This document shows, in pieces, positions 39,908 through 51,171 of a DNA stretch of 64,000 nt (position 1 is its first letter; the number at the start of each line of letters is the position of its first letter). A model generated the notes under the pieces. That model saw nothing but the letters and a program-made list of their open reading frames with translations. It did no database searches and had not been told where the DNA came from. Source of the DNA: Planctomycetota bacterium. GTDB lineage: Bacteria; Planctomycetota; UBA8108; SXIK01. The DNA lies in assembly GCA_965223265.1 (NCBI GenBank), contig OZ244999.1, positions 4,160,001-4,224,000 of the forward strand, given 5' to 3'. A program made the translations under genes and the position numbers.

Positions 39908-42487
39908 ATGAAGAACGTCCGCACGCTAGCCCTTTGCCTTGCCGCTGTGCTGCCGTTGGCCGGACGCGCCGAGACGTCACGACCGAACGTGCTCTTCATT
40001 GCGGTCGACGACCTTCGCGCTGAGCTGGCCTGCTACGGCAGCGATCATGTGAAGTCGCCTCACATCGATCGCTTGGCGTCGCGGGGGACCTTGTTTGAAC
40101 GCGCCTACTGTCAACAGGCGGTGTGCAACCCATCGCGCGCGTCGCTCATGACCGGACTTCGACCTGACACGCTGCGCGTCTGGGATTTGCCAACGCACTT
40201 TCGCGAGACGACACCAGACGCTGTCACTCTGCCGCAACTCTTCAAGCGGCACGGATACCACGCTCAGGCGGTCGGCAAGATCTATCACAACTGGCGGCAG
40301 GACGACTGGAAGGGTGACCCAGGGTCGTGGAGTGTGCCGTCCGTTCTCCACTACAACAACCACAGCCACGACAAGCCGCAGGTGGAGGGAACACTGCCGC
40401 CGAACTTGGCCTCAGGTGAGCGCGGCATGGCGTGTCGCGACGTGCCTGACGATGCGTACTTCGATGGCCGCGTCGCCACGACCGCCATCGAAACGCTCCG
40501 CGGGCTCAGCCGAAAAGACCAGCCTTTCTTTCTCGCTGTGGGTTTTTGGAAGCCGCATGGCCCGTTCAATGCGCCAAAGAAGTATTGGGATCTCTACGAC
40601 CGCGAAAAACTACGCATGCCGGAGCACGTCACGCCGCCGGAAGACGTGCCGGAGATCGCTCTGACGGGCTCGCGCTACAAGGGAGGCCGTGACGCCGAAA
40701 TCTTGCGCGAGATGCAGCACGGCTACTTGGCGGCGATCAGCTACCTCGATGCGCAGGTCGGCCGCGTCGTTAGCGAAGTCGACCGACTTGGCCTCGGTGC
40801 CAAGACCATCATCGTCTTTTGGTCTGATCACGGGCTTCACGTCGGCGAACACGGCCTTCTGCGCAAGACGACAGCATTCGAACTCGATGCTCGCGTACCG
40901 CTCATCATTGCCTCACCACATCACAACGTACGGCAAAGGACCCGGTCGCTCGTTGAGCTTGTCGATCTCTACCCAACACTCGTCGAGCTTTGCGGACTCG
41001 ACGCGCCGCATGAACTGGAGGGAGTCTCGCTCGTACCTGTGCTTCGCAATCCAGCTCATGCCGTCAAGCGCGCCGCACTCACGCAGGCACCGCGCCCGAA
41101 CTATCTTCGCGGCGAGGCACCAAGAGTCATGGGGTACTCATTGCGCACGGCACGCTACCGCTACACCGAGTGGCGCGACCACCAAACCGGCGCAGTGAAC
41201 GCGCGCGAGCTTTACGACCACGAAGTCGATCCACTGGAAACGGTCAATAGAGCGCGACGCGCGGAACACACCGCTGCGCTGACAGCACTCGCGACTGAAC
41301 TACGTGAGACGCTGCGGTCGCAGGCAGCGCACCGCGACGCGTCAGCCCGACGCAGGCCCGATCCCGTGATCAACCCGGAAAGCCCGCTCATGCTCGACCT
41401 GAAAGCGACGGGTGCCGACGCAGCAGCGATCGACTTCAATGCACTCAGGCGCATCCCCCACGAACACAGCGTCATCAGCGACGTGCGCGACCGCGGCGGA
41501 CGCTGGGTGCATCAACACGCCTATCTCGCCCACCACGACGGACTCTACTTCGCCATGTGGAGCGACGGTCCGGGCGTGCCGAAGAAGGGCGCGACAGCCA
41601 AGGAACATCGCAACCTCACTCCCGGGCATGATCAACCTGACACACGCGTCTCCTACGCCATCAGCGAGGACGGAGTCCGCTGGACGGGTCCGAGGGAGCT
41701 CTCCGGTCCACCACGAACACCCGGGTTTGGCTGGATCGCGCGTGGCCTCTGGCAGCGGGAAGGCGAACTGCTCGCGCTGGCGTCGCACTTCAATGCGCCG
41801 GGATATTCAGGCAAAGGCTTAAGCCTCGAAGCGTTTCGCTGGACAGGAGGCGACCGCGGCTGGCAGGCGCACGGCACGGTGCTCGACGACACCCTCAACA
41901 ACTTTCCGCCGAAGAAACTACCCACCGGCGAGTATCTGGCGACGCGTCGCGACCATCAAAAACAGGTCTCCGTGATCGTCGGTGGCCACCAGGCGTTCGA
42001 TCGCTGGGAGATACTTCCACTTGCGACCTATAGCGACAAGGAAAAACCCGAGGAACCCTACTGGTACATCCTTCCGGACGGAAAGAACATCGTCGGCTTG
42101 ATTCGCGACAACAGCGGATCGAAACGCCTCCTGCGCACGTTTTCCATCGACAATGGGCGCACGTGGAGCCGCATTGTCCGCACCAACTTTCCCGATGCCA
42201 CGAGCAAGTTCTTCGTCTTACGGACTTCGCGTGGCTACTACGCCATGGTCTCCAATTCGAATCCGCATCGGCGCGATCCGCTGACGCTCGCCATCAGCCA
42301 TGACGGCCTAGTCTTCACGGAGCTCTTCTACTTGGTGGGTGGCCGCCATGTCGACTACCCACACATCATCGAACGGAATGGGCATCTCTTGATCGCGTTC
42401 TCTGGAGCGAAGCAGACCATGGAGGTGCTCAAAGTCGACCTCAATGACCTGGACGAGCTCATCAAGACAGGGCCGAGTGCCCGATGA
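39908..42487 (+). CDS. Iduronate-2-sulfatase-like sulfatase fused to a BNR/sialidase-like propeller
   Basis: [28 protein letters not shown]; C-terminal Asp-boxes [22 protein letters not shown] and DYPH. Confidence 0.88.
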   Translation: MKNVRTLALCLAAVLPLAGRAETSRPNVLFIAVDDLRAELACYGSDHVKSPHIDRLASRGTLFERAYCQQAVCNPSRASLMTGLRPDTLRVWDLPTHFRETTPDAVTLPQLFKRHGYHAQAVGKIYHNWRQDDWKGDPGSWSVPSVLHYNNHSHDKPQVEGTLPPNLASGERGMACRDVPDDAYFDGRVATTAIETLRGLSRKDQPFFLAVGFWKPHGPFNAPKKYWDLYDREKLRMPEHVTPPEDVPEIALTGSRYKGGRDAEILREMQHGYLAAISYLDAQVGRVVSEVDRLGLGAKTIIVFWSDHGLHVGEHGLLRKTTAFELDARVPLIIASPHHNVRQRTRSLVELVDLYPTLVELCGLDAPHELEGVSLVPVLRNPAHAVKRAALTQAPRPNYLRGEAPRVMGYSLRTARYRYTEWRDHQTGAVNARELYDHEVDPLETVNRARRAEHTAALTALATELRETLRSQAAHRDASARRRPDPVINPESPLMLDLKATGADAAAIDFNALRRIPHEHSVISDVRDRGGRWVHQHAYLAHHDGLYFAMWSDGPGVPKKGATAKEHRNLTPGHDQPDTRVSYAISEDGVRWTGPRELSGPPRTPGFGWIARGLWQREGELLALASHFNAPGYSGKGLSLEAFRWTGGDRGWQAHGTVLDDTLNNFPPKKLPTGEYLATRRDHQKQVSVIVGGHQAFDRWEILPLATYSDKEKPEEPYWYILPDGKNIVGLIRDNSGSKRLLRTFSIDNGRTWSRIVRTNFPDATSKFFVLRTSRGYYAMVSNSNPHRRDPLTLAISHDGLVFTELFYLVGGRHVDYPHIIERNGHLLIAFSGAKQTMEVLKVDLNDLDELIKTGPSAR

Positions 42488-43580
42488 GCGGCTCTTGATG
42501 AGCTCGCAGCCGCGACGGTGACACCAGCGGTACGGCTCGCCGCGGCACGTCGGGAAAACCGCGGAAGCTCGGCGCCGGTTCGTCGAGGAAACGCTGCGTG
42601 ACATGTTCGAACTCCTCTCGAGCGCGCTCCGCGCCCAGGGCCATGAGTTCCTCAATGTGTTCAACGCCATCCAAGGTCCAGCTGTCGTCGGCTAGTCCGA
42701 AGTTGATGTGGTAGTAACGCTCGCCCAACAGGTATTCGAGTGGCCCTTCGACACCTTGCACCTGAGAGATGCCCATCACGTTCGCAACGTGCTTACTCCA
42801 GAACAGGATTCCAGCGTCGTCCCCAGGCGGTGAAAGCGAATAGGTTGTCCGGCCAGTCCCTATCGAGAGGATTTCGATCGCCGAGGTGTCGTGGGCCGGA
42901 TCACAATCAGGTCGATCGCAAAGCTGCTGGATCTTCATCGCCTCAGCGAACGCAAGGACGCTGGGGTTCGTCGCCCAGAGTCCGCCATCGCAGTAATCGT
43001 CGCCGTCGGGCAACGTCGCGTGAGGAAAATAGGTCGGCGCTGCCGTCGCGGCCCGCACGACATCGGCGATACGAAAATCGGTGTGCGGACCAGGGTCCGG
43101 AAGATGCGGCGTGCGGAAGACCACCGTCCGCCCTTTGGTGAGGTTCACGGCGGGAACAATCAAGCGTGCGCGAGCAACCTCGGCAAGCGTCGCATCGCCG
43201 AATCCTTGTCGAAGCGTCTCAGCGAGATGCTCTGGACAATATCGAGCCTGAAAAAAATGGTCGAGGTCGCTCTGCGTGCGGCGTCGAAAAACTTTTCGCA
43301 CCAGCTTGTAGGGAATCCGCAGCCAGCCCCGCGATTCGTAGTTCCTCTGCGGGTGAAAGATCTCGCGTCCGTAGTCGAGATAGAACCGCCGCATTTTCTC
43401 GGCGGAACGGCCGTAAGCGAGCCCCGATCCGATGATCGCGCCGGTTGAGGTACCGGCGATGAGATCGAAGTAGTCGACGAGAGGGCGACCGAGTCGCCGT
43501 TCAACCTCAGCAAGAAACGCGGTGGCGAAGGCGCCGCGTATGCCACCACCATCGAGCGACAAGATTCGAAAACGCGCCAT
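42462..43580 (-). CDS. Patatin-like phospholipase
   Basis: [24 protein letters not shown]. Confidence 0.92.
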   Translation of the reverse strand: MARFRILSLDGGGIRGAFATAFLAEVERRLGRPLVDYFDLIAGTSTGAIIGSGLAYGRSAEKMRRFYLDYGREIFHPQRNYESRGWLRIPYKLVRKVFRRRTQSDLDHFFQARYCPEHLAETLRQGFGDATLAEVARARLIVPAVNLTKGRTVVFRTPHLPDPGPHTDFRIADVVRAATAAPTYFPHATLPDGDDYCDGGLWATNPSVLAFAEAMKIQQLCDRPDCDPAHDTSAIEILSIGTGRTTYSLSPPGDDAGILFWSKHVANVMGISQVQGVEGPLEYLLGERYYHINFGLADDSWTLDGVEHIEELMALGAERAREEFEHVTQRFLDEPAPSFRGFPDVPRRAVPLVSPSRLRAHQEPLIGHSALS

Positions 43581-43596
43581 TTGTCCTCCAAGGTGT

Positions 43597-43938
43597 CTAC
43601 TGATTGACCAGCGAGTCCCGAGCCTTTTCCAGCTCCCCCCTGAGAGTGCCCGTGACGAAGTGAAGAAACATACGGAGGTCGCTCAAGAGCGACCATAGGG
43701 GATGGCCAAACGTTTGCGGGCGATTGCACTCCACGCACGCATGTCCCACCCACGCGAAGCCGTAGCCCAGCAGAATGGCGACGCCGCCCAGCCACCAGAC
43801 CCGAAACGTGGTAGCCGCGACGACCAACACGACGCCAAGCAGCGTGCCGGCGTAGTGCCAGGCGCGCGTCAGCGGTTGGGAATGGGCACGCAGGTAACGC
43901 GGCCAAAACTCGCGAAAGGAGGAGATCTTTCTACTCAT
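43597..43938 (-). CDS. DUF962/Mpo1-like membrane protein
   Basis: FWPRYLRAHSQP..RAWHYAGT, YGFAWVGH...ECNRPQTFGHP; ATGA overlap with the Coq4-like gene. Confidence 0.85.
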   Translation of the reverse strand: MSRKISSFREFWPRYLRAHSQPLTRAWHYAGTLLGVVLVVAATTFRVWWLGGVAILLGYGFAWVGHACVECNRPQTFGHPLWSLLSDLRMFLHFVTGTLRGELEKARDSLVNQ

Positions 43939-44654
43939 GAGGAGGCTCCGGCAAGCTCGTCGCAACACTCGAGCCGCAAATCACTGCCGCGGTGAGGTTG
44001 GACGCCGAGCTCCTCACGCCACTCGCTGACTGGCTTCTCCCACTCGAGCTCCCACTTCTGCGACAAGAGAAGGTTGGCTTTCAGCCCGAGCTGATAGCCT
44101 TCCGAGATTCCCTGCAGAACGTTCGCAAGTTCGTTTGGGTCTTTGATCAAGTAGCGCATGACGCCGCCAGCCGCAATGACAGCCGCCATCGGCCTGCGTG
44201 TTTGCGCCAGCTCGACAGCTTTGAGACTGATCTCACCGATGCGGTCCGTATCGAAACCGGTGATCACATGCCAAATGTCGTGCGTCTGCCGCAGCCGCAT
44301 GAGGACATAGTCGGTGTCGTCTTTGACGTCGATCTTGCGATAGTAGTCGGGATCGAACCCGCGATCGTCAAGGTGGTGCGCGTAGCAGTACCCCAGCGAT
44401 CCCTTCGGGTAGCCCAAGAGCCTCTGGGTGTCCGGAAGCGGTGAGAGGTAGCGCTCCTCCATGAGCGATTGCATGGCGGGGTCGTCGCGTACGAACTCCA
44501 TCGCCAACTGAGTGGCTTCATGGTGCCGTAGGCCATCCTCTATGTCGAACACCGACGACGTGTGCTCGGGGCTGACGAGCATCCCCAACGCACCCTTGAT
44601 CGTGGGCAGGTACTGTATGTGCTTTTTGTGGTTCCGGTGACGCTCGAAGAACAC
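43935..44654 (-). CDS. Coq4-family protein
   Basis: YPKGSLGY, RLRQTHDIWHVITGFDTDRIGE (HDxxH-x11-E), EWREELGV. Confidence 0.85.
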   Translation of the reverse strand: MFFERHRNHKKHIQYLPTIKGALGMLVSPEHTSSVFDIEDGLRHHEATQLAMEFVRDDPAMQSLMEERYLSPLPDTQRLLGYPKGSLGYCYAHHLDDRGFDPDYYRKIDVKDDTDYVLMRLRQTHDIWHVITGFDTDRIGEISLKAVELAQTRRPMAAVIAAGGVMRYLIKDPNELANVLQGISEGYQLGLKANLLLSQKWELEWEKPVSEWREELGVQPHRGSDLRLECCDELAGASS

Positions 44655-44741
44655 GATTCACCTCCTGGTTGAAGTCGAATGGTTGATGTGGGAAGTGATC
44701 ACCGCCGCGCTCGGGACCGGCGACGTGATCTGATCGCCGCG

Positions 44742-45860
44742 TTAACGTGACGCTCGCGCAGATGCCGTCTCTCGCCGGTCAGATGCGACCGCTCGGGCTA
44801 AAAACTCGCGCATGCGCCTAGCGATCACATCGCCGTCCTCTTCGAGGGCGAAATGTCCTGTGTCGAGGAGATGAAACTCGAGATTCTGAAGGTCGCGCTT
44901 GTAGGGATGCGCACCCGCAGCGGGAAAAATCTCGTCCTTGTCGCCCCAGACGATCAAAGTCGGTGGTTGGTGCTCACGAAAATACTCCTGCCAACTCGGG
45001 TAGAGAGGTGGATTGCTGCCGTAGTCGTAAAAGAGCTGCAGCTGTATTTCGGCGTTGCCTGGTCGATCAAGCAGACGCTGCGTGACGTGCCAATTGTCGG
45101 GACTAATCGTCTCCTTGTTGCGGGCGCCGTTCGTGTACTGCCACTGCGTCGCAGTGAACGTCACGAGAAATCGCAGCGCCTCCTCGTTCGACATGTTGGG
45201 GCTCTTGTAGGCAGCCTTGACGTTCTTCCACCACGGGTTATCGAGGCCTTTGTTCACGGCAGCGCGATCTTTCCAATACTCCTTGATTGGTTCCCAAAAA
45301 TCGTTGTCGATGCCTTCGTCGTAGGCGTTGCCGTTCTGGATGATCAACGCGTCGACACGCTCAGGGTGCTTTGCTGCCAGTCTGAAGCCAATCGGAGCGC
45401 CATAGTCCATCAGGTAGAGGCTGTAGCGCTCGAGGCCGAGCTTTACGGTGAGCTCTTCGACGATGCGACTGAGGTGATCAAAGGTGTAGTCGAACTCGTC
45501 GACGCTCGGCATGGAGCTGTTCCCGAAACCAGGATAGTCGGGAGCCACGACGTGGTAGCGGTCGGCGAGGGCTGGAATCAGGTCTCGAAACATGTGCGAA
45601 GAGGTTGGGAAGCCGTGCAAGAGGAGGATCGTTGGCGCATCGACCGGCCCAGCCTCGCGATAGAAGACTTCGACGCCGTCGATCTTCTGCGTGCGGTAGA
45701 AGACGCGAGGAATGACGGTTTGGGCTGGCGAGTCCACGCGAGCTTCCGCCGCGTCCAGCGGCGCAGCGACATCGTTTCGGCTCGAGCGCCATGAGACAGC
45801 TACGGCCACAATCGCGGTCAGAACCAACAGCAAGCGAACGGTCATTCGGCGAGAGTTCAT
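44742..45860 (-). CDS. Secreted alpha/beta hydrolase (epoxide hydrolase/dehalogenase-like)
   Basis: [29 protein letters not shown]; start MNSRR (the longer ORF-track start crosses REPs). Confidence 0.9.
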   Translation of the reverse strand: MNSRRMTVRLLLVLTAIVAVAVSWRSSRNDVAAPLDAAEARVDSPAQTVIPRVFYRTQKIDGVEVFYREAGPVDAPTILLLHGFPTSSHMFRDLIPALADRYHVVAPDYPGFGNSSMPSVDEFDYTFDHLSRIVEELTVKLGLERYSLYLMDYGAPIGFRLAAKHPERVDALIIQNGNAYDEGIDNDFWEPIKEYWKDRAAVNKGLDNPWWKNVKAAYKSPNMSNEEALRFLVTFTATQWQYTNGARNKETISPDNWHVTQRLLDRPGNAEIQLQLFYDYGSNPPLYPSWQEYFREHQPPTLIVWGDKDEIFPAAGAHPYKRDLQNLEFHLLDTGHFALEEDGDVIARRMREFLARAVASDRRETASARASR

Positions 45861-46224
45861 GGGAGTCCCCCTTTTGTGCGTCGAGGTGGCGAAAAGAGAA
45901 AGCTGAGAATTGCCAATCGATTTGGCACGACGGGGGCCATAGAACAAAGCCCGTGCCATGGACGCCACGCACCGGAGAATCTTCCGTAGCATGAGTCGCA
46001 AGAACACGTTACGGAGACCAACGTCACGCAGCGTGGCAGGCGCGAACACCACGAAGTCTCGTGGGGAACGGAATCTCGTGGTGGTTCGCGGTGGGATCGA
46101 AAGCGGCGGAGGCGGACGGAGTCGGAGGCAGAGGCAGAGTCGGAGACGGAGTCCCGTGTCTGTGTCCTCCACGCACGCGCAAACGACTCCGAATGACGGC
46201 ACGCGTGCTGTGTGGCCACGTTCA

Positions 46225-46420
46225 CAAGACCGGACGGCACACGGGAGTGTGCCTGCTACTTTGATAAGACCCGCTGGAGACATGTGTCGAAAGTAGCAGG
46301 CACACGCCGTGTGCCGTCGCCAAGCAAGAACGGACAGCCATAGGATTGTGGCTAGTTTCTTGCTAAACGAGCTGCCGGCGGTATGTGTCGAAAGTAGCAG
46401 GCACACGCAAGCGTGCCGTC
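46225..46420. repeat. REP copies upstream of RAYT
   Basis: acaagaccggacggcacacgggagtgtgcctgctacttt (-); gtagcaggcacacgccgtgtgccgtc at 46292 and a variant at 46394 (+). Confidence 0.85.
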
Positions 46421-46499
46421 GCTGAGCAAACCCGGGCGGCTACGTTCGTTTGTTCGGGTCCATTGCCCGTCTCCTGACCGTTCTTAAGTCGCTACCCAT

Positions 46500-47147
46500 A
46501 TGTTCGAGCTGTTCGACCCGAGTGCCGAGGTGCGTGTGACAGGTGGAGCCAACCTTCCGCACTGGTTTCAGTCGGCCGCAACCTACTTCATCACGTTCCG
46601 CACCGAGGATTCCATTCCCGTCGACATCGCGAGGCGATGGCACGCAGAACGTGATGCATGGCTCTCACGGCATGGAATTTCGAGAAATTCGCGGCAATGG
46701 CGGGAGAAAGTGTCGAACCTTCCTCGGACAAAGCGCGACGAATACCATGGGCGATTCTCACATCGGTACATGGACAGCTTGGACAGTGGGTGGGGAGCCT
46801 GCATTTTGCAGCGATCGGAGCTGTCAAACATCGTCGCCGACAGTTTGCTCTACTTCGATGGTGTTCGTTACCACATGGGCGACTTCGTCGTGATGCCGAA
46901 CCACGTGCATCTGCTTGTCTGTCTTCGCGGTCAAACCGACGTTGTTAAGCAATGCTGTTCGTGGAAGAGATTTACAGCCAGAAGGATCAACGAAGTGCTC
47001 GGGACATCAGGGCGTTTCTGGCAGGAAGAGAGTTTCGACCATCTCGTACGATCGCCAGCGCAGTTCCATAGAATTCAGAAGTACATCAGAGATAATCCTC
47101 GGAACCTCAGGACGGGGCAGTACTTCTTGTACCAGGCTCTGCACTAG
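46500..47147 (+). CDS. REP-associated tyrosine transposase (RAYT/TnpA-REP, Y1 HUH)
   Basis: NLPHW, YFITFRT, VVMPNHVH (HUH), SWKRFTA, FWQEESFDHLVR, YIRDNP; GTAG REPs on both sides. Confidence 0.9.
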   Translation: MFELFDPSAEVRVTGGANLPHWFQSAATYFITFRTEDSIPVDIARRWHAERDAWLSRHGISRNSRQWREKVSNLPRTKRDEYHGRFSHRYMDSLDSGWGACILQRSELSNIVADSLLYFDGVRYHMGDFVVMPNHVHLLVCLRGQTDVVKQCCSWKRFTARRINEVLGTSGRFWQEESFDHLVRSPAQFHRIQKYIRDNPRNLRTGQYFLYQALH

Positions 47148-47194
47148 GGTCGTAGTAGCAAGCGCACTCGTCGGTGTTTCGTCGGCGAGCACGG

Positions 47195-47647
47195 CCGGAC
47201 GGCACACGGGAGTGTGCCTGCTACTTTCAGCACACGCTCACGCTCACACAAGACCGGACGGCACACGGGAGTGTGCCTGCTACTTTCGGCACACGCACAC
47301 GCTCACGCTCACACAAGACCGGACGGCACACGGGAGTGTGCCTGCTACTTTCAGCACACGCACACGCACACGCAAGACCGGACGGCACACGGGAGTGTGC
47401 CTGCTACTTTCGGCACACGCACACGCACACACAAGACCGGACGGCACACGGGAGTGTGCCTGCTACTTTCAGCACACGCACACGCTCACACAAGACCGGA
47501 CGGCACACGGGAGTGTGCCTGCTACTTTCGGCACACGCACACGCTCACACAAGACCGGACGGCACACGGGAGTGTGCCTGCTACTTTCGGCACACGCACA
47601 CGCTCACACAAGACCGGACGGCACACGGGAGTGTGCCTGCTACTTTC
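47195..47647 (-). repeat. Head-to-tail array of 8 identical 34-bp REP units with 25/31-bp linkers
   Basis: ccggacggcacacgggagtgtgcctgctactttc at 47195, 47254, 47319, 47378, 47437, 47496, 47555, 47614. Confidence 0.95.
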
Positions 47648-47667
47648 GGCGGAGCGAGCCTGCGCGG

Positions 47668-50307
47668 CTAGGTCTGGCGCAGAATCTCGAGTGGTGACGC
47701 CCGCAGCACGCGCGCGCTGACAGCGATGCCGCAGAGCGCGACGAGCGCACTCGTGAGTGCGACCGCGGCGAAGGCGAATGTGTAGGGAAGCTGGGGCGAA
47801 ATCTCGAGCACGGAGTCGAGGAATGCCGCCGCCAGCGCGAAACTCCCGAGCGTGCCGACCACACCAGCGACCGCTCCGACGAGCGTGAACTCGATCGCCA
47901 GGAGAAGCGCGACGCCGCGGCGAGTCAAACCGAGGGCACGAAGGAGCGCCGCCTCGCGTGCCCGTCGCATCGTCGCCGCGCCGATGGCGCCGGCAAGCAC
48001 CACGAGGCCGACGATGACGCTGAATCCCGCGAGCACGCGAACGGCGGCGGCCAGTCGCGAGAGAATCTCCCGCAGTTTCTCGAGAATAGGCCGTACACGG
48101 ATGACGGTGACGTTGGCGTACTCCGCCCCAAGGCGTCCCTGAAACCCCAGCTCAGACTCAGCTGGCAGTCGTGCACCGACGAGCCGAAACTGCGGCGCAC
48201 CATCCAGCGTCCCTGGTTCGGCGACGAGAAAAAAGTTGATGTCAAAGCTGCGCCACTCGACTTCCCGAAGGCTCGTCACCAAGAATTCCATGGGAACCCC
48301 TTGTACGTTAAACTCGAGTCTCGTTCCGACGGTGGCGCCGAGGTTGCGCGCGAAGTCCACTTCGAGGCTGATCTCACGCGCATCAGGGCGTGACCAAAGC
48401 TCGCCGCTGACGATGCGGTTGCTGCTCGGGAGCGACTCGAGTGACGTCAAGCGCTGCTCGCGCGTCAGCATCCAGCGCCCACGTCGTCGCGCGCCTGGGG
48501 CATCCTCGCCGCCGTTCGAATCGGATCGCGTTTCTGCTCCCGAGGTGCGAGCTTCACTTTGACGCGCCTTGCCGCGCTGCGTCAGCAGCTCGGCGACTGA
48601 CACACCGTCGACCGCGGCGAGGCGAGCCATGACGACCGGCACCGACTTGACATGCAGCGCTTGTTCCTCTTCTAACAAGCGCCGCACGCCTGCGCCTTGA
48701 GACGGCTGCACGTCCCAGAGATAGACGCTCGGCGCCGACTCTGGAAGCTCACGACTGAGTTCGCCGTCAAGTCTCCGGGCGACCAGCTCCAGGGTGACGA
48801 TGACGAGGATCCCGAGTCCGAGCGAAACGATGGCTCCGGTCGTGCCAGCACTCGGTCTCGCCAAGGCCGCAACGCCGTGGCGCAGATATGGACCGAGTCG
48901 AGTGCGCGGCGCACGCCGTGCAAGCATGATGAGCAGCCGAGCGCCGGCGACGAGAAGCACTCCGGTGACGACGACCGCGAGTGTGAAACCGATCGCCAGA
49001 TCGAACCTGCGTCCCTGCAGCCAACTCGCCGCAAAGATACCGATCGACACAAGCCCCCACGTCACGCAGCGCGTCCAGCGCGGCACATGAAGAGGCTCCG
49101 CGCTGCTGCGAAGGGTACGTGCCGGCGGCACGCTCCAGGCAGCCATGAGCGGCGAGAGGCTGAAGAGGAGTGCGGTCGAGACACCGAGGAAAAGCCCCTT
49201 GCCGACGGCACTGGGATGCCAAAGCAATCCCGCCATGCCCGCCGGAAAGTCAGGGACAAACCACGCCGCTAACTGCGGTGCAGAACCACCGAGAAGGCCT
49301 CCGAGTACGGAGCCGAATGCAGCGACGATGGCGATGTGAGACAAATAGATGATGCCGACGTCGCGAGGTCGAAAACCTAGGCAACGAAGGATGGCGATGT
49401 TTTGCGTGCGACTCTCAAGCCACGTCCGTACGATTTGCGCAACGCCGACGCCACCCAGAAGCAGGGAAAGCAGCGCGACGAGTCCAAGGAAGTCTTCGAC
49501 GCGCGACAAGCTGCGCCGCACCATCGGCTGTCCCTGGTCGTACGATTCCACGGTGAAGTAGTCGGCGTCGGGTAGTTCCGTTTTCAAACGCTCGCGCAAA
49601 CGACCGAGTTCCCTCCGATCGACGTCATCGCCGACGCTCAAAAGCGTCTTGTAGGTGATCCGGCTGCCGAAGGTCACCAGCGCGGCGCGCTCGAGCCCTG
49701 CCTTGGTCACGAGCACCCTTGGTCCCGCGGCAAACGAGAAACCAAGCTGATCCGTGCCTTCGAGGAGGACGGCAGCGATGTCAAACTCAGCGTGGCCGAT
49801 GCGTACGCGGTCTCCCTCCTCAATGCCGAGCTCGTTCAGAAGCTCCGGCGCGACAATCGCAGTCGTCGCCGACAAGAGATCCTCAAGATCACCAGGCCTC
49901 GAGAGCTTGAGTGTCCCGCGGAGTGGGTAGAACCCGTCGATCGCTTCCAGGCTAGCAAGTCGACTCCGGGTCGCACCGTGGGCGAGCGTCGCGGCAACCA
50001 TTGTGGGCAGTTCGAGGATGTCGGTGCGCGCCGTCGCACCGCCGACGTCGGCGAACCACGGGTCAACATCGGGCACGGGTGCTCGCCTCGAGCTGATCGC
50101 GACATCGCCACCGAGGAGCTCCCGCGATTGGGTCCGCAGCAGCGTACGGAGGCTCGAGCTCAGGCTTGAAACACCGGCAACTGCAGCAACGCCGATGGCG
50201 AGGCAGCTCACCAGCAGCACCATGCGCATTCGGGCGCCGCGAAACTCGCGAGCGACGCTGCGGACGGCAGTGCGAGCGAAAACGCCGAACGACGCGGAAG
50301 ACTTCAC
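47668..50307 (-). CDS. ybbP: YbbP-like ABC permease (FtsX family)
   Basis: LAIGVAAV, RELLGGD, IAILRCLG, LREVEWRSFDINFF, REAALLRALG; downstream of the ATPase. Confidence 0.85.
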   Translation of the reverse strand: MKSSASFGVFARTAVRSVAREFRGARMRMVLLVSCLAIGVAAVAGVSSLSSSLRTLLRTQSRELLGGDVAISSRRAPVPDVDPWFADVGGATARTDILELPTMVAATLAHGATRSRLASLEAIDGFYPLRGTLKLSRPGDLEDLLSATTAIVAPELLNELGIEEGDRVRIGHAEFDIAAVLLEGTDQLGFSFAAGPRVLVTKAGLERAALVTFGSRITYKTLLSVGDDVDRRELGRLRERLKTELPDADYFTVESYDQGQPMVRRSLSRVEDFLGLVALLSLLLGGVGVAQIVRTWLESRTQNIAILRCLGFRPRDVGIIYLSHIAIVAAFGSVLGGLLGGSAPQLAAWFVPDFPAGMAGLLWHPSAVGKGLFLGVSTALLFSLSPLMAAWSVPPARTLRSSAEPLHVPRWTRCVTWGLVSIGIFAASWLQGRRFDLAIGFTLAVVVTGVLLVAGARLLIMLARRAPRTRLGPYLRHGVAALARPSAGTTGAIVSLGLGILVIVTLELVARRLDGELSRELPESAPSVYLWDVQPSQGAGVRRLLEEEQALHVKSVPVVMARLAAVDGVSVAELLTQRGKARQSEARTSGAETRSDSNGGEDAPGARRRGRWMLTREQRLTSLESLPSSNRIVSGELWSRPDAREISLEVDFARNLGATVGTRLEFNVQGVPMEFLVTSLREVEWRSFDINFFLVAEPGTLDGAPQFRLVGARLPAESELGFQGRLGAEYANVTVIRVRPILEKLREILSRLAAAVRVLAGFSVIVGLVVLAGAIGAATMRRAREAALLRALGLTRRGVALLLAIEFTLVGAVAGVVGTLGSFALAAAFLDSVLEISPQLPYTFAFAAVALTSALVALCGIAVSARVLRASPLEILRQT

Positions 50308-51080
50308 GTGGCGTCTCCGCTCCGTGCACCTTGAAAGAGATCTGGGTCCGCCGCAACTTTCGCATCGCGAGCGGCCGACTCTTCACTCGGCGCAGAGCTA
50401 TCGCGGACGATGCGGCCGCTCTCGAGCTCGATCCGTCGTTCGGCGCGAGAAGCGATCGCCTGGTCATGCGTCACGAGCACGAGCGTCATATCTTCCCGCT
50501 CCCGGAGCTCGAGCAGAAGATCGAGCACTTGGGCGCCTGTGCGTGCGTCAAGATTTCCGGTCGGTTCGTCGGCGAGCAGAAGCGATGGCCGTGGTGCGAA
50601 CGCACGCGCAATCGCGACACGTTGCTGTTCGCCGCCGGAGAGCTGCGCAGGATAGTGGTGTCCGCGGTCAGGAAGCCCCAAGCGTTCGAGCAACTCCTCG
50701 GTGCGAGGCCGGGCGTCGCGGGCGCCGATGAGCTCGAGCGGTAGGAGAATGTTCTCGCGCGCTGTGAGGTTGTCAATGAGCTGAAACGACTGAAAAACGA
50801 AACCGATGTGTCGTCGTCTCAGAAGCGCAAGCTCATCCTCACTGAGCTCGCCAAGGGACTGACCATCGCAGCGAATCACACCCGAGGTCAGGCGTTCGAA
50901 ACCAGCCATGAGTCCGAGAAGGGTCGACTTGCCACTACCTGAAGGTCCAAGGATCGCGACGAACTCGCCGCGTTTGACGGTGAAGTCGACGCCGTCGAGA
51001 ACGCGAACTCGGTGGTCTCCGGAGCGAAACTCTTTGCTGACGGCAAGGCACTCGATCCGCGGCGGTTGGGAAATTGTCAT
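50304..51080 (-). CDS. ybbA: YbbA-like ABC ATPase
   Basis: GPSGSGKS, LSGGEQQR, LADEPTGNLD; divergent from tesA. Confidence 0.88.
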   Translation of the reverse strand: MTISQPPRIECLAVSKEFRSGDHRVRVLDGVDFTVKRGEFVAILGPSGSGKSTLLGLMAGFERLTSGVIRCDGQSLGELSEDELALLRRRHIGFVFQSFQLIDNLTARENILLPLELIGARDARPRTEELLERLGLPDRGHHYPAQLSGGEQQRVAIARAFAPRPSLLLADEPTGNLDARTGAQVLDLLLELREREDMTLVLVTHDQAIASRAERRIELESGRIVRDSSAPSEESAARDAKVAADPDLFQGARSGDAT

Positions 51081-51171
51081 GGGCTCTCAGGATAGGAGTC
51101 GCAGGAGTTGGTGTCGCCATCGGATCTTCAGCGAAGTCGAGGCCAACCTCGAGTCTGGCATTCTGTGCACC

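Noticed and set aside
42462-43580. CBASS CapV effector
   Set aside because: Patatin motifs fit, but there is no CD-NTase or other CBASS gene; neighbours point to lipid metabolism.
45941-45960. sigma54 promoter for the hydrolase (minus strand TGGCACGGGCTTTGTT)
   Set aside because: -12 element is TTGT rather than TTGC and no activator is adjacent; too weak to list.
47195-47647. CRISPR array
   Set aside because: Linkers are near-identical hexamer variants rather than unique spacers, the repeat is the dispersed GTAG REP, and no cas genes are present.
46915-47720. Repetitive ORFs ([14 protein letters not shown] etc.), plus those at 7546-7897 and the N-terminal extension of 44742-46406
   Set aside because: Translations of REP DNA, open in several frames.
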